Of a DNA stretch of 37,411 bases, positions 16,291 through 22,713 are shown piece by piece; position 1 is the first letter of the stretch, and each line of letters begins with the position of its first letter. A model generated the notes under the pieces. It was not told the origin of the DNA. It did no database searches and was given only the letters and a program-made list of their open reading frames with translations. The position numbers and the translations under genes are program-made. This DNA is from a virus: positions 1 through 37,411 of IMG/VR virus record IMGVR_UViG_3300002301_000006; one strand, given 5' to 3'.

Positions 16291-16667
16291 TCTTCTACCT
16301 CGATTTCGATGAAATCATGTTCGGATTCTGTGTAGCTTTGCTTTATTAAACTTTCTTTCTCGAAGTATGCGTGTGAAGCTACATGATGTGGATATCCTAG
16401 ATTGCTACGTTCTTTGAAAATGGCTATCCAAAGCTTTTTTGTTTTAGGAAGCATGACTAATTTATGTGTAATAGAAAAATGATATCGTTCGCCATGGATG
16501 TTATATTTCGCTAAATCCTCATGTAGATTAAAACAACATACAATTTCGTTTATTTCTTTGAAATGATACCAGTCGATAGGTTCCGCTCTATCAAATTCTC
16601 TCATGAATTTATCACCCGCTAATGCGCGGGCAAGATCAAACGGTTTGGTTTTACTTGTGTAGTTCAT
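16287..16667 (-). CDS. Hypothetical early protein (126 aa)
   Basis: Early array member. Confidence 0.6.
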   Translation of the reverse strand: MNYTSKTKPFDLARALAGDKFMREFDRAEPIDWYHFKEINEIVCCFNLHEDLAKYNIHGERYHFSITHKLVMLPKTKKLWIAIFKERSNLGYPHHVASHAYFEKESLIKQSYTESEHDFIEIEVEE

Positions 16668-16854
16668 TGTTTACCACCTCAAGTGATTTGATTTTTGTTT
16701 CTAATACGATTGCTAAAGCTTCTTGCAATCCTTTTACTTGACCGTCTAAAAATCCCATTTTATAGCCATCTTGATAGCGTTTATCATGATTTTCTTTTGA
16801 GGGCGTATTTTCGTATTCGATGTTATCGGGTACAGGGGTCATTTCTTGATTCAT
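16651..16854 (-). CDS. Hypothetical early protein (67 aa)
   Basis: Early array member with a 4-nt overlap upstream. Confidence 0.55.
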   Translation of the reverse strand: MNQEMTPVPDNIEYENTPSKENHDKRYQDGYKMGFLDGQVKGLQEALAIVLETKIKSLEVVNNELHK

Positions 16855-17153
16855 TGTAAATTTTCCTTCATTTGGTTTTTAATAAAGTCTAACAAGCCGC
16901 GAAAGTTTTGTAATTCAATATCAAGCTGTTGGCTGAATTTATTTCTCAATTTTGGGTCGGCCTCTCTGTCTGCTGTGACGACGATCAAGTTAAGCGCCGT
17001 CGCGTGTAATTTATCAACGCATAATTTCATATTGATGATCGATTCGACAGGTGCGCCTAGTGATTTTAGTGCTAAATAACAGCTTATGACTGACATTTCG
17101 AGTGCGCCGAAAAATTCTTGTGCTGTGCTTTCTTCGGTGATTTTGATTTCCAT
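16851..17153 (-). CDS. Hypothetical early protein (100 aa)
   Basis: Early array member. Confidence 0.6.
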   Translation of the reverse strand: MEIKITEESTAQEFFGALEMSVISCYLALKSLGAPVESIINMKLCVDKLHATALNLIVVTADREADPKLRNKFSQQLDIELQNFRGLLDFIKNQMKENLQ

Positions 17154-17167
17154 TCTTCTACTCCTGG

Positions 17168-17401
17168 TTATGATGATTTAATATCTCTATAACGCTGCAA
17201 ATCGTCTATCGATTCCCAGTCATTTTTCTCGTCTTCGCCCGTTACCTCGAAAGTTTCTGGCGTGCGATTTTCTAGATTGTGCAGTGCGCAATCGCGTAGT
17301 TGCTTGACGACCGTTATATCATCTAAGTCGTCCATTAGGTTTGTCATTTGCAGCTCGTCCATCTCGCGCAGAGTCTTTAATAATTCTGTGTATTTAGTCA
17401 T
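17168..17401 (-). CDS. Acidic small protein (77 aa)
   Basis: Asp/Glu-rich, for example MDDLDDITV and TGEDEKNDWESIDDL. Function unknown. Confidence 0.6.
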   Translation of the reverse strand: MTKYTELLKTLREMDELQMTNLMDDLDDITVVKQLRDCALHNLENRTPETFEVTGEDEKNDWESIDDLQRYRDIKSS

Positions 17402-17498
17402 TGCAGTTTCCTTTATCCAGTTTGATTCTGATGATTAGCAAGCCGAAAAATAATAAGATCAGCCATGTGTCGGTGAAGCATTCTTTGATGAAATCCAT
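17394..17498 (-). CDS. Possible 34-aa membrane peptide, not in the track
   Basis: MDFIKECFTDTWLILLFFGLLIIRIKLDKGNCND. Overlaps the next start by 8 nt. Confidence 0.3.
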   Translation of the reverse strand: MDFIKECFTDTWLILLFFGLLIIRIKLDKGNCND

Positions 17499-17512
17499 TT
17501 TTAGTCTCCTTT

Positions 17513-17668
17513 TTATGGTATAACTTCAAATTCTTCATAATCAACATCATAAAAATCGGTGTCTTCGAATTCTTCTGGTTTTGGTTTTCGGCCATAAACA
17601 CGTAAAATGTCCTTATGAATATCAAGGTTTTTATCCACAGCGATTCCAAATACAACATAAACCTTCAT
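17513..17668 (-). CDS. Hypothetical protein (51 aa), not in the track
   Basis: GGGAGG RBS and a TAAATG junction with the upstream gene. MKVYVVFGIAVDKNLDIHKDILRVYGRKPKPEEF.... It replaces the out-of-frame track ORF 17413..17658. Confidence 0.5.
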   Translation of the reverse strand: MKVYVVFGIAVDKNLDIHKDILRVYGRKPKPEEFEDTDFYDVDYEEFEVIP

Positions 17669-17851
17669 TTAACAACCTCCCATTATTTCGAGCATTTTAT
17701 CCCAGCAGTTCAAGTGCATTATGACAATATCAAATGACACTGGCTTTGTTTCGCTTATCTCTCCCCTGCACCACTGACATGACGCTTTTCTGGGCATAGA
17801 TTGCCAGTGGGGGTCGGGTTTTTCTTCATCTCTGTATGCGTTGATTCCCAT
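17669..17851 (-). CDS. Hypothetical early protein (60 aa), possibly Cys/His metal-binding
   Basis: Contains CQWCRG...HLNCW. Confidence 0.55.
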   Translation of the reverse strand: MGINAYRDEEKPDPHWQSMPRKASCQWCRGEISETKPVSFDIVIMHLNCWDKMLEIMGGC

Positions 17852-17860
17852 AAAATATCC

Positions 17861-18172
17861 CTATTTCAATAAGAATACGCGATGCTCAGAAATGGTCTGG
17901 TACTCTTTGTAAATCGCTGGTTGTTCCGCTTCTAAGCGCTTTTGATCGAGTGAAACGCGACACTGTGAATAGTACGTTGCTAGTAAGCGGCTTTCGTAGA
18001 TAAACTCATCGTGATGCAGAAAAAAACCAGACTTTAGTTCTTTGGCTAAAGATTCTTTTTCTTTTGTTAGCGCTTTAACTTGTCTGTCTACATCACGATA
18101 GATTTCGAGTTGTTTGTAGGTTTCGTATAAGTTGCTGCCATCTTTGTTTGTTAAGAGTTGTAATTTAGTCAT
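17861..18172 (-). CDS. Hypothetical early protein (103 aa), first gene of the early array
   Basis: AAGGAA RBS, directly downstream of the minus-strand promoter at 18214-18242. Confidence 0.65.
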   Translation of the reverse strand: MTKLQLLTNKDGSNLYETYKQLEIYRDVDRQVKALTKEKESLAKELKSGFFLHHDEFIYESRLLATYYSQCRVSLDQKRLEAEQPAIYKEYQTISEHRVFLLK

Positions 18173-18213
18173 TTGTCGCGTTCCTTGAGTTCGTTAATGT
18201 TTACTACAGGTTA

Positions 18214-18263
18214 ACAATAGCATGGCAACACGCAGTTGACAACATTTATTTTCAGTATATTAT
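18214..18263. promoter_or_regulatory. Back-to-back sigma70-like promoters (early leftward, late rightward) with overlapping -35 hexamers
   Basis: Plus strand: TTGACA (18236-18241), 16 nt, TATTAT (18258-18263). Minus strand: TTGTCA (18242-18237), 17 nt, TATTGT (18219-18214). The box ACTACAGGTTAAC at 18203-18215 abuts it. Confidence 0.5.
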
Positions 18264-18291
18264 TCGGGTATTAACTGTGAGATAATTGAGC

Positions 18292-18447
18292 ATGACAAAA
18301 ATTGTGTGGTATAAGCGTAAGAGACTTTATTTTTTGTTGTTTGTTGCGGCGGTTTTGGTTTGGAAAGTGTCTTATGATTTATCTTGTGCTGATAAGAAAG
18401 AACGATTCGTTAATGATTTAGAAGACGCGGTAATAACGGTGGCTTAA
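18292..18447 (+). CDS. Small membrane-anchored protein (51 aa), not in the track
   Basis: MTKIVWYKRKRLYFLLFVAAVLVWKVSYD.... Its stop abuts the terS ATG (TAAATG). Confidence 0.45.
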   Translation: MTKIVWYKRKRLYFLLFVAAVLVWKVSYDLSCADKKERFVNDLEDAVITVA

Positions 18448-18894
18448 ATGAGCGAAGTTAAAAAAAGTGGTAGGCCAACAATTTATACAGAAGAACTAGG
18501 ATTTAAAATTTGCCGAGCGGTCGCTACTCACTCCCTTGGTTTAAATAGACTTACTGCTATGTTTGATTGGATGCCAACGAAAGAGACAATAAATGAGTGG
18601 AGATGGTCGAAAGAGGTATTTTCTGCCCAATATACTAAAGCAAAAATTGCTCAAGCTGAATTAATGACCGAAGATTGCTTGGATATTGCTGACGATGTTA
18701 CCCATGATAAAACAATCAATAAAAATGGTGATGAGGTTTGCAATAATGAAGCTGTGAACCGTTCGCGCTTGCGTGTAGACACGCGAAAATGGCTGGCAGC
18801 AAAGCTGTTACCGAAAATCTATGGTGAGAGATTACAAAAAGAACCAGATAGCGATACTAAAGATTTATTATCAAAATTAATCGATAGACTATAG
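18448..18894 (+). CDS. terS: Terminase small subunit
   Basis: GRPTIYTEELGFKICRAV... at the N-terminus and RSRLRVDTRKWLAAKLLPKIYGE near the C-terminus match the common small-terminase pattern. It is the first late gene. Confidence 0.75.
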   Translation: MSEVKKSGRPTIYTEELGFKICRAVATHSLGLNRLTAMFDWMPTKETINEWRWSKEVFSAQYTKAKIAQAELMTEDCLDIADDVTHDKTINKNGDEVCNNEAVNRSRLRVDTRKWLAAKLLPKIYGERLQKEPDSDTKDLLSKLIDRL

Positions 18895-18903
18895 GGTGAG
18901 CGC

Positions 18904-19053
18904 ATGAATATTTTAGCTGAACTGCAGACGATTATCGCAACACTCGAAAGCGTCATCAAGCTAGTCGAAACGATTGACCCCAACGCTGCCAAGAATCCCC
19001 TTGTGATTAAATTGCAATCTGTTTTAACGGAATTGCAGGCTTTTAACCTCTAA
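18904..19053 (+). CDS. Hypothetical 49-aa protein, not in the track
   Basis: MNILAELQTIIATLESVIKLVETIDPNAAKNPLVIKLQSVLTELQAFNL, predicted helical. Confidence 0.4.
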   Translation: MNILAELQTIIATLESVIKLVETIDPNAAKNPLVIKLQSVLTELQAFNL

Positions 19054-19100
19054 AGTTATCCCCAGTTTCTGTGGATAAGTCAAAATTGCTCATCTTGCAT

Positions 19101-19128
19101 TTGTCAATACACACGCGCACAATATAAA
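19101..19128 (+). promoter_or_regulatory. Candidate sigma70-like promoter for the 19157 unit
   Basis: TTGTCA (19101-19106), 16 nt, TATAAA (19123-19128). AGGAG lies 7 nt before ATG 19157. Confidence 0.45.
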
Positions 19129-19156
19129 CAAATCTTACCCGACCAGGAGCGCAACA

Positions 19157-19816
19157 ATGACAGGTATAACTACTATCTCCCGCGATTATGGGATTGTTCC
19201 ATCGATTGTGCGTATTTTAACGACTGATACACTGGCTACCGCATCTGCGCCTGGTTATATTACTGCTCAGGCTGCTAACATTAGTCTAGCGAATAATGGT
19301 GCTTTTACTTGGCAGACTAGCGATTTCGTAGCAGTTTCTGCATCAGACGGCGGAGCAATCTTTAGTGTTAGCTCTGACTTTACATCTTTAACTTATTTAC
19401 AAGATGCTGCTGCACTATCGGCTTCTATAGCGGTTAGCTCAGCACAATTTTTAGGCATGTATGCAGCGCCGGTTTTATTGTTAGCAGCTCCTGGTGCCAA
19501 CCGATTGATCATGGTTAATAAAGTCGCGTTTGCGATGACTTATGGCAGCGCTCAATATGCCTCCGGTGGCGCGATTGCGGCACAATACGAGGCGACTGTT
19601 CATGGCGCAGGCACACTAGCCACAGCAACATTGGCGGCGGCTACTATTAATGGTTTAACAGCTAGCACAGTCGAAACTATTCAAGGCGCAACAGCGATTG
19701 CTTATGCGAATGCTGTTAATCAGCCATTATATTTATCGAATCAAACTGGCGCGTTTACAACAGGCGATAGCAATTTTGTCGTTACTGTCAATTACAGCAT
19801 TATCAAAACAGCATAA
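19157..19816 (+). CDS. Virion-associated protein (219 aa) sharing the N-terminal ~80-aa domain of the 650-aa tail fibre
   Basis: By-eye alignment with the 4943..6895 N-terminus shares ISRD, I(A/V)R, T-DT(I/L)AT, GYIT-Q, (T/S)DF(I/V)A and ASDG. The rest is Ala/Gly/Thr-rich. Confidence 0.55.
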   Translation: MTGITTISRDYGIVPSIVRILTTDTLATASAPGYITAQAANISLANNGAFTWQTSDFVAVSASDGGAIFSVSSDFTSLTYLQDAAALSASIAVSSAQFLGMYAAPVLLLAAPGANRLIMVNKVAFAMTYGSAQYASGGAIAAQYEATVHGAGTLATATLAAATINGLTASTVETIQGATAIAYANAVNQPLYLSNQTGAFTTGDSNFVVTVNYSIIKTA

Positions 19817-19829
19817 TAGGAGAGATAGC

Positions 19830-20078
19830 ATGTTTGAAGACGGCGAAAGCGGTGCAGTTGAAAACGTAAAAGATGAACAATATTCAGCAATGCCTAAGTC
19901 TTGGCAGTCGCGCAACAACAAAGAGATGAACAAAGGCATGGGCTATAACGCAATGGCTGATATGGCGAATACACCGCATCCTGCTACTAGCATGGAAGGT
20001 GAAAAGCGCAATACTCAGATCATTGGCAATGGTTCAGGCGACAATGAGTACAACTATAACGGCAAACGCGGTAAGTAA
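19830..20078 (+). CDS. Hypothetical protein (82 aa from ATG 19830)
   Basis: AGGAGAG RBS. The longer track ORF 19698..20078 overlaps the preceding gene. Confidence 0.55.
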   Translation: MFEDGESGAVENVKDEQYSAMPKSWQSRNNKEMNKGMGYNAMADMANTPHPATSMEGEKRNTQIIGNGSGDNEYNYNGKRGK

Positions 20079-20100
20079 CGCATTGCTCTCTCCGGCGACT

Positions 20101-20124
20101 CCACGCTGTATGCAAGCAGCGTGG
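20101..20124 (+). terminator. Terminator-like hairpin closing the 19157-20078 unit
   Basis: Perfect 8-bp stem CCACGCTG / CAGCGTGG with an 8-nt loop. The T-rich tail is weak (ATATCGTTATTTAT). Confidence 0.45.
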
Positions 20125-20152
20125 ATATCGTTATTTATAATTAGGGTGGATT

Positions 20153-20320
20153 ATGACAGAAGCGCAAATACATGCACGTATACAAGAAATCGATAACGCA
20201 CTACAAAACCTGCAAACTCAGCAACATATTCTACTTGGCCAGAAGTCAGAATGTTCACGCTTCCTGCACGCTTTACGAGCGCCTGCAGAAAACCTTAACG
20301 AGCAAAAAGCCTTAGCATAA
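20153..20320 (+). CDS. Hypothetical 55-aa protein, not in the track
   Basis: AGGGTGGA RBS and a TAATG junction with terL. MTEAQIHARIQEIDNALQNLQTQQ.... Confidence 0.45.
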   Translation: MTEAQIHARIQEIDNALQNLQTQQHILLGQKSECSRFLHALRAPAENLNEQKALA

Positions 20321-22647
20321 TGGTCACAGAAGACCAGCTTGATACGATTCGAGACTTTCGCAAATTCGCGCCTAAGTTTCTAAGCATTCGCACGAAGTCG
20401 GGCGAGAAACGCATGTTTCAGTTCAACCGCGCGCAGATGTATCTGCATGAGCGATTGCAGGCACAGAAAGAAGCAACGGGTAAAGTCCGGGCGTTAGTGC
20501 TGAAAGGTCGGCAACAAGGATGTTGTTGGTCAGAAAATATGCAAGTGTTAACTGCCGATTATCGCTGGTTGAGGATAGGCGATGTAAAGATTGGTGATCG
20601 ATTAGTTGCCTGTGATGAAAATCCTCAAAAGAAATCATTAACTAGTCGAAAACCATCACGTAAATTCCGTACAGCTATTGTTGAAGATAAGCGTGAATTT
20701 TTCAAAGAAGCTTATGAAGTCTGTTTGGATAATGGTGCGCGCTTGGAGGTGACAGGTGATCATCGAATGTTATCCAAAAAGCGTGGCGGTGATGATCAGC
20801 AATGGCGTCATATTGAAGACTTTCAGATTGGCGATGTGATGAGGGTTGTTGCTCGTCCACCTCAGTATCAATGTCAGACTTATGAAGATGGTTGGATGGC
20901 TGGGATTATTGATGGTGAAGGTAGTCACCGAGGAGCAACGGGCGCTAAAAGACTTAGCATCCATCAGGTTCAGGGTAAAATATTAGATAGAGTTAAGTCA
21001 TACTTAAATCAACTTGATATTCCTTATTGTGAAGTCATTGATCGTCGCACGAAATGTGGGCAATTAAATAAATTGGGTGATAAACCTGTTCATAGAATTG
21101 ATATACATCGTTTGCCTTATTTAATGGAAATATTTGCTAGGTGCAGGCCAACTAGATTTACTGATAAAGAATGGCATGTTGGCCATGAATTACCTGGAAA
21201 GGCGACTCAAGATGGAATTCGTCCATGGGCGCAAGTTATCTCGATTAAGCCTATTGGTAAAATGAAGGTAATCGACCTGCAAACCAGCGAAAAGACTTTT
21301 ATTTGCGAAGGCTTGGTATCGCATAATTCAACGTATATACAGGCCAGATACTTCCATCAAGTCATTACATCGCGTGGTAAGCAAGCTTTCATCTTGACGC
21401 ATGACAAGGAAGCAACTAAAAACTTATTCGGTATGACGCAACGCTTTTACGACAATCTTGACTCAGGATTAGCGCCGAAAGCTGATACTTCAAATGCGAA
21501 AGAACTATATTTCAAAGATTTCGATAGCGGGTATGCTGTGGGTACAGCGGGCAATAAATCAGTAGGTCGTGGTCAGACAATCCAGCTCCTCCATGCTTCG
21601 GAAGTGGCCTACTGGTCTTTTGCGGAGGAGCATTCGAAGGGTATTCTGCAAGCCATTTCAAACGAAAAAAATACTGAAATCATCATGGAAAGTACCGCGA
21701 ATGGTATCGGTAATTATTTTCATCAACGCTGGCTAAGCGCGATGTCAGGCAGCAACGAATATCAGGCGATATTCTTGCCGTGGTATTGGCAGGATGAATA
21801 TGTTTATAACGCTGATAACTTTATTCGCACAGACGAAGAAGATCACTTGTTTGCGATGTACGGTGCAAATGGTCTGACTAACGAGCATTTAGCATGGCGA
21901 CGCATCAAAATAGCCGAGTTTTCGAAGGATTATGACGCGGGGCGCGAGCATTTCAACGTCGAATACCCCATGAATTCAATAGAAGCGTTCAAAAATCCGA
22001 TACATAACGTGTTTATCAATTCAAAATACGTTGATAAAGCTCGCAAAAATGACGTTGACCCCGTTGGCTCACTGATTATCGGGGTAGATGTAGCTATCAG
22101 CGACCGTGATCGCACTGCAATCATTAGACGCAAGGGCAGACATTCATACAATCTGGAGCGATTCCAAAATTACAACACCATGGAAATATGCGGCAGGCTA
22201 AAGCGCATTATCATCGAAGAAAAACCTTTCAAAATGTATATTGATTGCATTGGCATCGGTGCGGGTGTGGTTGATCGCTTAAATGAAATGGGCTTTGATT
22301 GTGTTGAGGGAGTGAACGTGGCTAGGTCAGCGAATGACAAAGAGCGTTTCAAGAATTTGCGTGCTGAGCTATGGTCGGATATGCGCGACTATCTGTACAA
22401 TGAATTACCAGTGCAAATACCGGACGAAGATACGCTGCATGGTGAGCTATGCTCATTAGGCTTTAAAGAAAACTCAAGCGGGCAACTCCAAATTGAGTCA
22501 AAAGATGATCTGAGGGCGCGAGGACTCCCAAGCCCTGACGGTGCCGACGCATTAAGTCTGACATTCTTCGGCGGCATGTATGGCAGTCAAAGCCATCATG
22601 TTGAAGTTGATAGGCTCGCACCATTTGAGCGGCAAATGTTCCGATAG
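20320..22647 (+). CDS. terL: Terminase large subunit precursor (775 aa) containing an intein
   Basis: Walker A is split as LKGRQQGC / STY. Also present are the Walker B-like IQLLHASEVAYW and a C-terminal nuclease-type region. It lies directly upstream of the portal gene. Confidence 0.9.
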   Translation: MVTEDQLDTIRDFRKFAPKFLSIRTKSGEKRMFQFNRAQMYLHERLQAQKEATGKVRALVLKGRQQGCCWSENMQVLTADYRWLRIGDVKIGDRLVACDENPQKKSLTSRKPSRKFRTAIVEDKREFFKEAYEVCLDNGARLEVTGDHRMLSKKRGGDDQQWRHIEDFQIGDVMRVVARPPQYQCQTYEDGWMAGIIDGEGSHRGATGAKRLSIHQVQGKILDRVKSYLNQLDIPYCEVIDRRTKCGQLNKLGDKPVHRIDIHRLPYLMEIFARCRPTRFTDKEWHVGHELPGKATQDGIRPWAQVISIKPIGKMKVIDLQTSEKTFICEGLVSHNSTYIQARYFHQVITSRGKQAFILTHDKEATKNLFGMTQRFYDNLDSGLAPKADTSNAKELYFKDFDSGYAVGTAGNKSVGRGQTIQLLHASEVAYWSFAEEHSKGILQAISNEKNTEIIMESTANGIGNYFHQRWLSAMSGSNEYQAIFLPWYWQDEYVYNADNFIRTDEEDHLFAMYGANGLTNEHLAWRRIKIAEFSKDYDAGREHFNVEYPMNSIEAFKNPIHNVFINSKYVDKARKNDVDPVGSLIIGVDVAISDRDRTAIIRRKGRHSYNLERFQNYNTMEICGRLKRIIIEEKPFKMYIDCIGIGAGVVDRLNEMGFDCVEGVNVARSANDKERFKNLRAELWSDMRDYLYNELPVQIPDEDTLHGELCSLGFKENSSGQLQIESKDDLRARGLPSPDGADALSLTFFGGMYGSQSHHVEVDRLAPFERQMFR
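20524..21327 (+). mobile_element. Intein (268 codons) with a LAGLIDADG-like homing-endonuclease motif
   Basis: Cys1 (CWSENMQVLT), block B TGDH, WMAGIIDGEGS, block F/G KVIDLQTSEKTFICEGLVSHN, then Ser+1. The N-boundary could be 20521 instead because of two adjacent Cys codons. Confidence 0.85.
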
Positions 22648-22713
22648 ATGCACATTGCATATTTTAGTAGTACCATTAACCAATAATTGCACTATCTCTA
22701 AGGATTGTGTCGG

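Noticed and set aside
17413-17658. Track ORF of 81 aa on the minus strand
   Set aside because: It has low-complexity, implausible sequence. Two shorter ORFs in other frames (17513..17668 and 17394..17498) have proper RBS and stop-start coupling with their neighbours.
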